NCBI RefSeq assembly: GCF_030684315.1
Contig: NC_081397.1
Coordinates: 13,230,421 to 13,294,420, forward strand
Source: Stegostoma tigrinum
Lineage: Eukaryota
Length of the DNA stretch: 64,000 nucleotides
Direction of reading: 5' to 3'
Made by a program: the position numbers and the translations under genes
Notes under the pieces: generated by a model
Seen by the model: the letters and a program-made list of their open reading frames with translations, nothing else
Databases searched by the model: none
Told to the model about the DNA's origin: nothing
Shown here: positions 35,705-49,559 of the stretch, piece after piece
Layout: every line of letters begins with the position of its first letter
Numbering within the stretch: position 1 is the first letter of the stretch

Positions 35705-37548
35705 TGTACATGCAGTTATCAATTTATACTTGCTGGTTTCTATGATGTGAATATATGAATGTAATAACCAATTTATATCTGACAGTTTCTGTGGCATGAA
35801 TATTTAAATACAGTTATCATTCTGCCCCTGTCAGTTTCTTCTATGCGAATGTAATCATCAATCCTTACCTGTCAATTTCAGCTTTTGTCAATTTGTGAGC
35901 ATAGCTATCATTCTGTCCTTGTCAGATTCTGCTCTGCAAATGACAGTAATTATCACATTTTACACAGTTCTGAGGAAGCATCACCAGACCTGAAACATTA
36001 ACTGATTTTCTCTTCGTAGATGCTACCAGACCTGCTGAGCTTTTCCTGCATGTTCTCTTTTTGCTCCTGATTTACAGCATCAACAATTCTTTTGTCTTTT
36101 TATGTTAGATTTTACCTTTCAGTTTCTGCAAATTGAATGTGTGAATCCAGTTGTCAATCTATGTCAGTTTCTGCTCTTCAATGAGTGTAGTTATCAATTT
36201 TCTCTGTCAAATTCTGCTTTGTAAATAACTAAGTATAGTTATCTCTTTGTTCTTTGTATATCAATAACTACACTCTTGTATTCACGTATCAGAAAATGAC
36301 ACGGATAATGACAATTAGGCACACATTCAGAATGCAAAAAAACTGACAGGTACAGATTGATAAATGTATGCACACATTATAAACATGTCGAGATTGAGAT
36401 GAATGAAATGACATAAATGGATCAGAAACTAAACTCATATGCACAGACAAGCTTGCATTAGGTAGTTCCAGTCATGGAGCTGTATGGGTATCGGTTACTT
36501 TCTGTGCATCAATCAGTTGGAGTTGGAGTTTTTAAAATTGATCAAATGTAGTGCAGCTCAGGGCTAGAGTGCAATCAGACCCACAGTTCTGTTTGAATTC
36601 CTGGTGATAATTTAAGTATCTGAATGTTTATTAGCTAGATGTTGAATTGATCAGTTAAATGGTTTCACACCCATCTGATGACAGTTTACAGGAGCTGTTT
36701 TTTTTGTGTCAGTTTCTGCTACATGCTAGCATGAGCATATTTACCAATCTGTAACTTTCAGTTTCTCCTGTGTGTATCTGACAGTGTAGTTATAAATCTG
36801 TTATAACAAGGCACAGAGCTGGATGAACACAGCACGCTAAGGAGCATCAGGGGAACATGAAAGCTGATGTTTTGTGCCTGGGCCCTTCTTCAGAAAATTG
36901 AGAGTGTGTGAATACATTTATCATACTCTCCCCATCAGTTTCAGCTGTACGAATGAATGAATGTAGTTGTCAATCTGTCCCTGTCAGTATCTGAAATCAG
37001 AATATTCAAGCATGTTTGTGTAATTGTCAGTCTATCCCTGATAGTTTTTGCTCCATGAACGTGAGGTTTTGTTTTTAATATATTCCTGTCAGTTTCTGCT
37101 TGGGGAATGTGTGAGCATTTTTATAAACCTGTACCTATCAGATTCTGTGTCATCAAGACAGGAATTTAGTTATTAATCTGTACCTGTTATCTATGGTTTT
37201 GTGAAGAACTGGGTGTAGTTATTGATCTGCATTTGTCAGGAGCTGGCACGTGAAGATGTGAGTGTAATTATCAATCTGTCCCTCTCAGTTTCTGCTGTGT
37301 CATATGTGAGTTTAGTTGTCAATCAATACCCATCCATTCCTGCTTCATGAATGTGGGAGTGCATTGCAAAAAAAAAAATCAAATTTCTGTGAATGTGCAA
37401 ATGCAGATCACAATCTCTACATTTTTATAATGTGTGCATACGTTTATCAATCCGTACCTGTCAGTTGTTTGGCATTCGGAACGTGTGCAGAACTGTCATT
37501 GTCCTTGCCGTTTTCTGATACGTGAAGACAAGAGTGTAGTTATCGATA
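35705..37548. repeat. Degenerate ~49-bp tandem repeat array, interrupted by an inverted insert and short elements
   Basis: Paralogous to arrays 6250-6720 and 8647-9130. Confidence 0.75.
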
Positions 37549-38612
37549 TACAAAGAATAAAGAGAACAAAGAAAATTACAGCAGAGGAAAATGCCCTTCC
37601 GCCCTCCAAGCCTGTGCCGATCGAGATCCTCTGTCTAACCTGTCATCTATTTTCTAAGGGTCTGTGTCCCTTTGCTCCCTGCCCATCCATGTACCTGTCC
37701 AAATATATCTTAAAAGATGCTAATGTGTCTGCATCTACTACCTCCACTGGCAACGCATTCGAGGCACCCACCACCCTCTATGTAAAGAACTTTCCACGCA
37801 TATCTCCCTTAACCTTTCATCCTCTCACTTTGAACTCAGGACCCATAGTAATTGAGTCCCCGACTCTGGGAAAAAGCTTCTTGCTATCCACCCTGTCGAT
37901 ATCCCTCATGATTTTGAAGACCTCAATCAGATCCCGAACCACACTCTCCATCTTTCTAATGAAAATAATCCTAATCTACTCAACCTCTCTTCATAGCCAG
38001 CACCCTCCATACCAGGCAACATCCTGGTAAACCTCTCCTGCACCCTCTCCAAACCGTCCACATCCTTTTGGTAATGTGGCGACCAGAACTGTACACAGTA
38101 TTCTAAATGTGGCCGAACTAAAGTCTTATACAACTGTAACATGACCTGCCAACTCTTGTACTCAATACCCCGTCCGATGAAGGAAAGCATGCTATATGCC
38201 TTCTTGACCACGCTATTGACCTACGTTGCCACCTTCAGGGAACAAAGGACCTGAACACCCAGATCTCTCTGTTCATCAATTTTCCCTAGGACTCTTCCAT
38301 TTACTGTATAGTACGCCCTTGAATTAGATCTTCCAAAATGCATCACCTCGCATTTGCACGGATTGAACTCCATCTGCCCAACTCTCCAGTCTATTTATAT
38401 TCTGCTGTCATCTCTGACAGTCTCCTTCACTATCTGCTACTCCACCAATCTTAGTGTCATCTGCAAACTTGCTGATCAGACCACCTACACCTTCCTCCAG
38501 ATCATTTACGTATATCACGAACAACAGTGGTCCCAGCACAGATCCCTGTGGAACACGACCGGTCACAGGTCTCCAATTTGAGAAACTCCCTTCTACTACT
38601 ACTCTCTGCTTC
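37549..38612 (-). mobile_element. CR1 LINE 3' fragment
   Basis: ORFs 38408-38665 (VPQGSVLGPLLF...FADDTK) and 37927-38211 (LVRPHLEYCVQFWSP). acaaagaataaagagaacaaagaa tail. Confidence 0.9.
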
Positions 38613-40006
38613 AATGATATGTGATTGTCACTTTCTTCTCTATGGCTGTGAGTGTATTTTCTCATTTCTGCCAGTCAGATCCTGCCCTGTAAAGTTTGAG
38701 TATGTTCCACAATATTCATTCTATGGTACAGTTTAAGTTTTATTCCAATATTGGTCAGTCTCTGGTTTGAATGTGTTGAGTTTAATGTGCACATTTTTGT
38801 TGCAAGTTCGCTGTACGAATCATTCTTAATTGAAAGTCAAAAAACTTGGTATCTGCTTGAATATATGTTGTTTTCTGTCTGTTTTCAGGTCAATATTTAA
38901 TTTCCTTCAGGTAGATTTAAAACTTTATATTCGGCAGTGGGTTCTGCTATCCTGTTTGTGGGACAAACAAAGTCAATGGCAATATAGGTTTCAATCTGAC
39001 ACTTGTCCTGATGTGCAATTCCTCCAGTTTGTACAAAAGGAAAAAAAAACTTCAGTTACCTCTCTCAGTCTAAGACACGGTGAGATATTTGGAGGTACAT
39101 TGAATGTCTTGTTCAATCTACTACTTCATGGGAAGTAATTATGTCAAAAAATTCATACAATTTTTTTGATGATGTCGCAAACAATTGATACTTAATTTAT
39201 GACCATGGCCATTACCATGTAGTTAAATCCTACAGGGAGTGCATGGAGATTGGAGAACTGAGCTCACTTTTTGTTCTGTTTGTCTCTTTCATAGAAGGCT
39301 AGCTCTCTGACCTGAAATCTGAGAGTAGAAATCATTTTTAGTGTTACATGTGCTGAGGCTTGAAGTGTACATGGTCTTCATGGCTATTAGATGTTGAGGA
39401 ATGTGTGTTGGAACGGTGCATGTATGTATTTGGAATACATTGTAAATCACTCAGTAGGGGGTGTGTATGTGTGCGTGTGTGCGCACTTGTGCAGTTTATG
39501 TTATGTGCTCTCAGTAACCATTTTATGTCACACATTTGGAAGTCACATTATTTCATTCTTCTCTCTATGCCTGGGACATCAATTTGTCAAAACATAGACA
39601 CAGCCCTGATCAGTTACTGATAATGTGAATGTTTTCTTCCATATCTGTACTCACACTGTGCGAAGTAACTGTGTAACTGCATGAACTATTTCTTCACCTT
39701 GACAGTAACTTGAAAAACATGCTTACTAAATGCAGATTTACTGCAGTTCCTCGGTGTCCGTCTCAGATGAAGATTCAGTCTGTGACTTCACAAAAATGTC
39801 ATAAATGTCAGGAGGCTATGAATGAAGAAAATTATAGCAACTGTGGAGGTGTGCATTGGAAAGAGAGAAAACAAACCACTTGTATTTTGTTGCTTGTATT
39901 TGACTGTTGGCTTGAATGCATTTTTCTGGAAATTAAGTTCAACGTGTCTCTGAATCAAACTGCTCTTTGCCTGTCGAAATGATGCATTCTGACAGCGGTA
40001 ACATAC

Positions 40007-40088
40007 CTGCTGTTTGTGAGAAGCAGCTGCTCACACTTGGCTTTGCACCAAAGAAATGATACACTGTCTTGGTCCTTCATGTATTTGC
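40007..40088 (-). other. Candidate 82-nt cassette exon (repeated unit)
   Basis: Minus strand tctcttctgttttcatccAG|GCAAATAC...AACAGCAG|GTatgt. Confidence 0.5.
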
Positions 40089-40559
40089 CTGGATGAAAAC
40101 AGAAGAGAAACATTCTGTAAATCAGCATCAGCCAAGTTTGACAATCTCAAACAGATTAACGTACATTCAGTTGATAATTATTAGGATGTTTCTTTTCTTC
40201 AACTTCACCTGACAATGTAGCAGAGCTCCAAAAGCTTGAGATTTTAAAATAAACCTATTGGACTATAACACAAATCATGAGACTTCTGCCTTTTCTTTGA
40301 AGCCATCAATTCAAACACAGGTCTAACTCAGCGAGGTCCAGAAACTGAACAATTGCACAGCTGCATCTAAAGGTGCTACCTGAGGATGCTGTAATATTGA
40401 CACAGTTTGTGTCACCAGATCCCAACACACTAACTGTTGTAAAGAAGAACAACAGACACTATTTCGAATGTTTTTGCTCGAGACATATAATCTGTTGACT
40501 CCAATCTGCGTCCTTTACAGGATTCTTATATTTCCACCATCTTGCCTGTGTTTCCACTA

Positions 40560-40850
40560 TTCTTTGCACAATGACGATAAACAGTGTGAAACAGTAGCCA
40601 AACAAGCAGCATTTGGGGCAGGGCCACCAATGGCATGGACTGCTTTTCCCAATAATTCCCAACAACAAACATCAATGGGTCATTCCCTAATTCCCTTCTC
40701 TCCCACTGTGAAGAAAGCAACTGCGGCTGTGGGGAAAAGGGCAGATAATGCTTCAAGCTGAGGCATCGGCCCTTTGTGGAGCGATAATAGAGCTCTTTCC
40801 CAGGTCATGTTAATAACTCCCTGTCTCCAGCTCTCTCAGAATTGAATGAG
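40560..40850 (-). pseudogene. Copy of the spliced-unit 5' region with exon 1 and the CpG island deleted
   Basis: gtgaaacagtagccAAACAAgcagc joins sequences that are ~415 bp apart in copy B (45905-45924 and 46337-46346). Confidence 0.6.
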
Positions 40851-43004
40851 CAATGTTCGGGCTGCCCAAGTCTAAGAGACACCGAATGGCTGGCAGCTAA
40901 GCTGTTCCTCTAGCCCTGCTGCATATGACTGACACGTGGTTAAACAGAACGAATGAAAAAAGCCTGCTCCAGCATTTAACAAAGACACAATGGTACTTTT
41001 GAGAAGAGGTTATTCCGAGGCAAAAGGGAGCATTGCACAAACAACAGCTGCAAGATTTGTTGGAGACAGTTTGAAGGTTTGCAACAAAGATTGAAGGGGA
41101 CAGTAAGTTCTGCAATAAACAAACAGTTGAACTCATGGGATTATGGCTCATAAAAAAAATCTACAGAATCAAACAAGTTCATTAAAATTGATAAGCAATT
41201 GATTTCAGTCCCTTTAATGAAAGGATGTTGTCCCATTAGATGAATATAGTTAGTTAGGACAAGGGGTGTCAATCATCCCAAAGACAGCTGGCCTAGCTCA
41301 TCATGAAAACAGCAGATAACTCCATCTTGCAGCAATATTCACAATATTAAGAAATTGGTTCCAGTTAAAGATCCTTCAGATAGATTTCAATGTAATTCTA
41401 AATCTATATATATAAAATAAAATACAAATATCACTAAAAGCATCAGGGGAGAAGATTCAAACATGGGTATGAAAGTTAAATTCGTCTCCAGAAGGTTTCC
41501 TATGTCACTAAAGGAATGCCTGGTGCATCCTGTAAGAAGCAAATGGCTCACAATTCATTAGCTATAACAGAGCTAAGAGTATGGGTATGCATAAAGCGTT
41601 ACATATAACTCACTTTATAATACAATTAATATCATGAATCTTATAGCAACTTGTAAGAATAAACTCAGCAATAGTAAGCCCTGCCAATGCTGCAGTTAGA
41701 GATAACACAATGTGGAGCTGGAGGAACACAGCAGGCCAGGCAGCATCAGAGGTGCAGGAAAGTTTAAGTTGTGGGTCAGGATTCTTCTTCAGAAGCATCA
41801 ACTTTCTTGCTACTCTGATGCGGCCTGGCCTCCTAGTAGGAGTCAACTGTCTGTTTTATTATAATTCAGACAGTGGGAAAATAAGAGGAGTAACAGAATT
41901 TAATAGAGACACAAAATTAATACAATTGACAGCAGAATTCAAGCTAGCCTGATAGGTAAGCGATTCTGGGGCATGACTGAAGGTGTACGGCCAGTAACTT
42001 TTTAAAGCGAATTGATAGATGTATGGAAAGATCCCATGGCCTGGTGATTACACTGTCTGATAATGTTTAACAGACATTGTGGTGAACCTTGGCCTGGCTA
42101 ATAGAGGGTCCAGCTTCAGTTAGGAGTTTCAAAGGATTGGTTGTATAGGATAAGGGGAAAGGCACAGTGATCCAGTTGCATTGGATCACTGTAACAAAAC
42201 GTATAATAGTGTATTCCACTGTGAGAATCAGAGTGTCATCAATCTCTCTTTCCAATCTGAGATAAAGATTAATGATGTAACTGCATCTTCAAGAGGGGTG
42301 GCTGTGGCCCTCTCCCCGCATGATCCGGTGAATGGTTGACGAAATACTGCGATGGGCCTGAATTCTGCCTGCCCCGAGTCTTTGTCCTAGGTCTGGAGTT
42401 TCAGTCCTGCAGGGAATCAAAGAAGTGGATTGAAAATTTGGCCCATTCAATTTGCTCCACTGTACAAGGACAATATCTGATCCAAGTGAGCTGTTAACTA
42501 TCGTATTCATTCACCTTGACCGTTATCCCATAAATATTAATTCAATGTTGAAAGAACATACAGAGAAATGAAAGAAATGGGACATTCTCACTGAAGCAAC
42601 ACGTAAGTATTGGATGGCACCCTGTGTCACAGTGGTATCTAGATGGAAGTGGTCGTGGGCTTGGAAGGCACTGTCTATGGAGCATTGGTGAATTCCAGCT
42701 GTGCATCTTCTGGAAGGTACACATTGCTGCTTGAGCATTGGTATTTGAGGGAATGGACGTTTGCGGATGTGGAGCCAATCAAGTGTTTCTCTCCTGGATG
42801 GTATCTTGCTTCTGGTGTGTTTGTGGAGCTGCACTCATCCGTGTAAGTGGGGCTAAACCATCACATTCCTGACTTGATCACATTAGATGTTGGACAGGAT
42901 TTGTGGAAGCAGGAGACCAGACACTCACTGCAGGATACCCAGACTCTGAACTGTCCTTGCAGTATCTGTATTTATGTACAGAATCAGCTCGAGCATCACA
43001 GCGT

Positions 43005-43720
43005 CCATGAGTGAAACAGAATGGAAACAGACCCTTTCATCCAACTGGTCTGCAATAGATTAACATCCCAATCTGACCTCGTCCCATTTGCCTGCATTTT
43101 GCACATATCCCTCTCATGTCGACCTGTTCATCTACCCATCCAATGGTGTTTAAAACTTATCATTGTACCCTCCACTAGGCGTACTCTGTCAGCTTGTTCC
43201 AGACATGCCCCACACTCTGCACTAAAGAAATCTCCCTCAGGTCTCTTTTAACATTGACCCTCTCACTGTAAACCTATGCCCTTAAGGTTTGGGCTCCTCC
43301 ACCCGAGAAAAAGAGACCATGGCTATTCACCCTATCCATGCTCCTCATGACTTTATAAACCTCTACAAGGTCACTCCTCAGTCTCTGATGCTGCAGGGTA
43401 GAAAGCCCGAACCTGTTCACCCTCTCCAAACAGTTCACACCATCTAGTCCAGCTAACATCTCTAAATATTTACTGCGCCCTCTCCAGTTCAACAACTTCC
43501 TTCCGACAGCAGGTTGGCCAGAACTTTAAGCAGTAAAAAAGCACATTTCCTGTACAGCCACAACATGACATCTCAACTCCTATTCTCAATACACTGACCA
43601 AAGAAGGAAAACACTTGCTTCACCACCTTATCTACTTGCGACTCCACTTTCAGTGAACTACGCACACAAACACCTTGGTGTCTTTGTTGGGGAACACTTC
43701 CCATGGCCCTCCCATTCACT
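43005..43720 (-). mobile_element. Old CR1 LINE 3' fragment
   Basis: ORF 43274-43495 RLRSDLVEVYKVMRSMDRV matches the ORF2 C-terminus. Confidence 0.75.
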
Positions 43721-44884
43721 GTCGAACCCCTCTCCTGTTTTGAACAATGAGAATGTGTGTGTTATTATCATTCTCTTCTTGTCAGTTTCTGCAACATGAA
43801 CAAGAGCAACTATTAACGTATGCCTTTCTGTTTCTGTTATGTCTATTTGTGAGTTGAGTAATTGTTGCAAACATACCAGTTTTTGCTGTGTGACTGAGAG
43901 AGTGAAGTTCTCAATCCAAAATAATCAATTTCTACTCTTGTGCATCAAAATAGTTTTATTCTCTGGCCACCAGTGATATTCTGTGACTGTGCTTCAATCT
44001 GACAGAATAGTTATGAGGGTGTAGAGAGAGAGCCTTAATCCCATTTCCATTTGCGGTTTATGAGCTTTCTGTCAGTCTGAGGGGGTAAGGAGGTGGAGAG
44101 CAGATCATATTCCCAACAATCTGTGGAAACAGTTGAAGAGTACAAATGTTCTAGAGCAAGTACAATGGGCTGAACGGCCTGCTTCTGACATGTACTTGAT
44201 CTGTATTTCTGAGGCATTTTCATGAATCCAAGTGTTGGATAGTGCGTCAGTGTAAAGATATCATGTAGAAATGGACAGACAAGCTTATTTTTCTTTTAAA
44301 AAAGCTGGCCTTGTAAGTCAGTGTAGGTTGTTTCCAGTTTTACTGAGATACTTAGTTTCACTTTGTACTGGGATATTGAATTTTTTTTTCATTTATTTAT
44401 TTGGAGAATTTTATTCTGTATCTGACAGACCATGCTGCATTCTCTACTTGTCAGGCTTTGGCAGAGAAAGTGCATTTGCAATTCACATTATTTAATTTCT
44501 GTGTCTTTGTATGGGACATCATTCATCAAAAGATAATTTTAGTCCTAAATAAAAACTCAAAAAACTTCAGGTGCTGCAAGTCAGAAACAAACATGGAATT
44601 TGCAGGAAACGCAAAGCAGGTCTGGCAGCACGTGAAGAGAAATCATGGTTAACTTTTCAAACACTTCCTCAGTTCTGCGCAAAGGTCACTGGATCCGAAA
44701 CATTAATTCTGATTTCTCTTCACGCATGCTGCCAGGCCTGCTGAGCTTTTCCAGAAAATTCTGTTTTTGTTTACTATTTCTGTCCTCAGTCACTGATCAA
44801 CATCAAAAGTTTCCTTCCATATTTGTACTCAATACCTACTCCATATAATGGTCATTGTAACAACTTGATCTGTTTGTATCAGAC

Positions 44885-45078
44885 TTAAATGGAACTGCAG
44901 ATGCTGGAGAATCCGAGATAACAAGGTGTGGAGCTGGATGAAGACAGCAGGCCAAGCAGCATCTCAGGGGCAGGAAAGCTGACATTTTGGGCCTAAACTT
45001 TTCATCAGAAACATCAGCTTTCCTGCTCCTATGATGCTGCTTGGCCTGTTGTGTTCATCCAGCTCTAAACCTTGTGAT
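44885..45078. mobile_element. pLTR-derived hairpin element
   Basis: Inverted copies of gctggatgaa.acagcaggccaagcagcatc. Absent in paralog A at ~15720. Confidence 0.7.
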
Positions 45079-45397
45079 CAGGTTGTATACCTGGATTATA
45101 ACTATAAAAATACCCTCGCTTAATGTGAATTCAATGTAGTTATTGAGAGTATATTTGTGACATAAATTCAATCTATTCTCTTCAAATGCTGTGAATGACA
45201 ATGGGCTGTCAAAGATAAACTTGACTGGAACTGGGCTAGTTTATATTGAGAAGAGAAAAAAAGGTTACATTTGTATTTATTTGGTGGCATTTGATTGCTG
45301 GTTTGATTGTTGCTTTCTGGAAATTGCGTTCAATGCGAGTCTTACTTAAACCGCGACTGTGGAAAGGACAGTCTCCGCTCTGACAGTGGGAACATAC

Positions 45398-45478
45398 CTG
45401 CTGTTAGTAGGAGCAGCTAGTCACACTTGGTGTTGCACCACGGAAACGTGACATTGTCTTGGCACATCAGATAATTGC
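45398..45478 (-). other. Candidate exon 2 (81 nt) of spliced unit B
   Basis: Minus strand ttctcttttgcctttctccAG|GCAATTATC...AACAGCAG|GTatgt. Confidence 0.55.
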
Positions 45479-46175
45479 CTGGAGAAAGGCAAAAGAGAAT
45501 TCTCCCGTAAATCGACATCCACCGAGTTTCAAAATATCAAAGCTCATCAATAGAAAATTTCGTGAATACTCATGATAATTCCTTGTTTTAAAGCCAACGA
45601 GTCGAACAGAAAAGGGTCCGGTTACACAACTAACCCGGGTTCCTCCTCTTTCTTTTAGCGAAATTCTAAAACAATTTACTGAGATACAAAAACTAACCAG
45701 ATCCACGAATGGAATGCTTACACGGTTCAATATCCAGCTCCCAATACACGAACTATTGAAGGGAAGCACAACAGGCACGATTTCAAATATTTTGCTGGAA
45801 ACTCTTAATCCGGTGACTGCTATATTTCTCCTTCGCGGGATGAGCCCGTTTGCACACACTGCTTTGTTTTATTCACGGTTCAATGCAAACTCGCAACTAA
45901 CAGCGTGAAACAGCAGCCAAACAATGAATTTCCATCAGTGTTTAGAAGACTAAAAGCTACAAGCCTGACCCCCAGCAGCAGCTTCTTGCCGCTGCGTCTC
46001 CCTCAGCAGGCCCACACACAGCCCGAGAAAGGCCTCTCTCTCCCCGCCCCCAGGCCGCTCACTCCAAGTTCCGGGACCAGTTCCTGCTCCGCCTCTTACC
46101 AACAGCCCACGGTTCTCCCTGAACTGAGCCCGAATCAATGCCAGTCTCGGAGCCCCCTCTGTGTCCCAGACTCAC

Positions 46176-46239
46176 ATCTCGATGCGCTGCTGGAAGGAGC
46201 CTGCTGTTCCCTCGCTTCCCTGGGCGCTGGTCTCTCCAT
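46176..46239 (-). CDS. Candidate first coding segment of unannotated spliced gene, copy B
   Basis: GCCGCAATGG Kozak, 64 nt identical to copies A and C, GTGAGT donor. Confidence 0.4.
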
Positions 46240-46264
46240 TGCGGCCTGTTTCAAACAAACCTCT

Positions 46265-46390
46265 TCTACTCACTGAGTCAATGCCACTCAAAGGCAGGTC
46301 AACGGAGAACTTCACGCATGCGCTCCTCTGGTCAGCAACAAGCAGCTTTTTGGGGTTTGGGGATGGCAAGGATCACGCATGCGCTGCTTT
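46265..46390 (-). promoter_or_regulatory. CpG promoter B with two NRF1-type motifs and an AP-1 site
   Basis: ACGCATGCGC at 46314-46323 and 46375-46384. TGAGTCA ~46274. Confidence 0.6.
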
Positions 46391-48884
46391 CCCCGCTGAG
46401 TCCCAGAAACAAACATCAATTGGTTACTTCCCCAATTCCCTTTCCTCCCAGTTTCAGCAAAGCGAATGGAGGCTGTGGGGGGAATGGCATAAAATGTTTC
46501 AAACTGGGGCATTGGCCCTTTGTGAAGCTCCAATGGAGCTCTTTCCCGGGTCATGTTAATATCTGCCTCCCCCCGGCTTTCTCACAATCTGGTGGGGAAG
46601 CGGAGAAGCTGGCAGCCGTTCGGCCCATTTAATATTCTCTACTATTCAATAAAATCACGCCTGATCTCATGTTAACTGTGATATTTAATTCTGCTGGCCT
46701 TCGTCCCATATTGACTCTGTCAAGGTAACACAGAGCGATGGAATAAATGCGACATTATGACGAAGGCAGAATGGAACTGCTGTGGGGTGTCTTGCAGCGC
46801 AGAGGTAGTTTCCCTATTTCTGGGTCAGGTGGGCCGTGCTAAAGCCACACCCGGACCAGGGGTGAGTAATAATATCCCTGGGCCCGATGCAAATACCAGT
46901 TTGGAATTGATGACTGATTTTATTCTCAGTATGCTGCAGGCAGAAAACTTGTGATGAATGGGTTCCCGCAACGAATGACCCAGCTGTTTTTTCTTGTTTG
47001 CGCATTCCTGGGAAGAGGACGTCTCTGCCTTTGTCCAGCATTTATTGCGGGCCCCTAGTTGCCCCCAATTTGAAGTTGGTGCTGAGCCACCTTCTAAAAT
47101 AGTTCTGGTCCATGTGCTGCCCACATTGCAGTTCGCAGGTAGTTCCAGGGTCTTGATTCAGAGACAGTGAAGGCAAGGGGACGTATTTCCAAGTTAGGAT
47201 TGTGGGTGATTGGAGGGGAACGTATCAAGGTGGTGTTCCTCCACATCAGCTGCCCAAGCCCTTTTAAATGGATATATTCGTCAGGATGGATGGTGGTCTT
47301 TCTACAAAACTGTCATTTTAGATGGCTATTTAACACCGTTTTTGAAATTTGAGAAGAGATTCACTAGTATTTGCAGAGTATGTAAGGCTCGAGTCATATA
47401 GAAAGGATGGATAGGTGTCAAGATCCAAAACGTCAGCTTTCCTGTGCCTAAGATGCTGCTTGACCTGCTGTGTTCATTCATTTCCACACCGTGTTTTCAT
47501 GGATAGGCTGGGACTTTTTTTCACTGGAGAGTAGGATGTTGAGAAGTCACCTTCTCAAAGTTTGTAAAATACTGATGGAGTGAGACAGAGTTAATGGTCG
47601 TTGAACTTTGCTTGGGATGGAGGGAATAGAAAACCAGGGCGGACACTTAAATGTTACAGGCGAGAGATTTAAATGAAAAGACACGAGGGGCGTTTTTTAA
47701 ACATAGAACACGGAAGAATGTGGAATAAACGAGCTGTCGAAATGGCCTACGTGGCTATAATTACATTAAAACGACATTTGGAGAAGTGCATAAACACGAC
47801 AATTTTGAAAAGAAATAGGTCAGGGACAGGTAGATGGAACTAATTCAATTTGGTATTATACTCGGCATCTACTGATTGGACTGAAGGGTCTGTATCCTCA
47901 CTGTATGACTCTGTATGAGAGAAAAAAACAGAGACAGACCATTGCGTTGGATGATCTGCCATTTTCATGGTGAGTGGGAGGAGAGGTTTGAAGGGCTGAT
48001 GGGTGTTATTTGCCCAGTTGCTATTCTTTACGTTTCTATGAGTGTGATTCCCAGAAACGATGTTGAGTATTGTCACTGCAATTGAAAAAAAAACTGATCT
48101 CAGTGATCAATGTAACTTCAAACCAGATGAGTGGTTCTTGCAGCTGAATATGCAGGAGAGCGAATCTCCGGCGCACAGACCTCGGAGAGTTTCACAATGA
48201 CTGAGGAGAAAAAAACTACAAAAAGTTCCCTGGGTACCGGAGCAAAGGCTAAAAGGGGGAGAAAGTACATCCTCCCGCAGGTACATTTAGAGATATTTCT
48301 GGCCTGTGACTGTATGGATGTGAATATTGAGTCAGAGAGACTGTAGGAAAAGGGCGGGCGGGTTATTCACACGTAAATGTGCTTGTGTGTCCGCTCATAT
48401 CATGATATTTCCGCGTCGCTCTTGTGCAAATCAAAAAGATTTTCATTTCAAATCATCCCCCTGCTCCTCCACTAAACCTTAAAGATAGACTTCAAGGCAA
48501 TATATTTGTTGATTTCAAGATTTCAGTCTAAAAATGATGACAATGCCAGCGCTCAGCTCAGAGAGCGCGATCAGTGCAGCAGCAAAATGCGGTAAAATCG
48601 ACTACGGAGCCGTCAATTCGAGTGAAAACCTTTCAGCCGCAAACCTTCCTGTGTCAGGGTCAGGAACGATCGAGCCTGGCTCTCTGGAGATGCGGAATTG
48701 CAGAGGAATTGGAGAGTTTCTGCCGAGAGAGAAACACAGAGAGGCAGCAGGAGCAGGGAGCTGAGGGCAGGTTGTCTCCGCGCCGTCCGCTCGCTGCCTT
48801 TTAGTTGCTCAGTGCCGCCACCAGCAGCTTCATTGCTGACCCAGTTCAGTTTGACAGAGAGAGATTCAGCGCCGAGTTCCCGAC

Positions 48885-49523
48885 ATGAGCGACAGTGCAG
48901 CCGCCGAAACGGCTCCTCCAGCCTCCGCCAGCACCAAACCCAAGTCTCCCAAGAAGAAGGCGGCGGCGGCTCCCAGGAAGAAACCAGCCGGTCCCGGGTT
49001 GGGCGAGCGGATTGTGAAGATTGTCGGGCAGAACAGCGATCGGAAGGGGACGTCTCTGGTCGCTATAAAGAAGGCGCTGCAGAGAAGCGGGGTCAATGTG
49101 GAGAAGCAAAATGCACAGATCAGGATGGCTGCCAAGAGGTGCCTGGCGAAAGGCTCCCTGGTTCTGGTGAAGGGCCAGGGCGTCTCCGGCTCCTTCAAAC
49201 TCGCAAAGAATCCAGTCAAGGCAAAAGTGGGAAAGAAGGCGAGACCAGCAGCAGCCGCCAAGAAAGCAGCCGTGAAGAAAACAACGGCCAAGAAGGTGGC
49301 AGCGAAGAAGTCCCCAGCCAAGAAAGCAACAGGCAAGAAAGCGGGCGGCAAGAAGGCAGCAACGCCAAAGAAAGCGGCGAAGAAAGCAGCGCCGAAGAAA
49401 AAGACTCCCGTGAAGAAGGTGATAAAGACCAAGAGCCCCAAGGCCGCAAAGCCGGCCCCGAAATCGAGGAAACCGAAGGCCAAGCCCAAAGCGAAAGTGA
49501 CCAAGAAAGCAGCAAAGAAATGA
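48885..49523 (+). CDS. H1: Linker histone H1 (212 aa), paralog of 22389-23027
   Basis: Same protein with six amino-acid differences. AAACACA box upstream, stem-loop downstream. Confidence 0.97.
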   Translation: MSDSAAAETAPPASASTKPKSPKKKAAAAPRKKPAGPGLGERIVKIVGQNSDRKGTSLVAIKKALQRSGVNVEKQNAQIRMAAKRCLAKGSLVLVKGQGVSGSFKLAKNPVKAKVGKKARPAAAAKKAAVKKTTAKKVAAKKSPAKKATGKKAGGKKAATPKKAAKKAAPKKKTPVKKVIKTKSPKAAKPAPKSRKPKAKPKAKVTKKAAKK

Positions 49524-49559
49524 AGCATTCGGTGTAACATGTAACAACCTGAATCCAAA

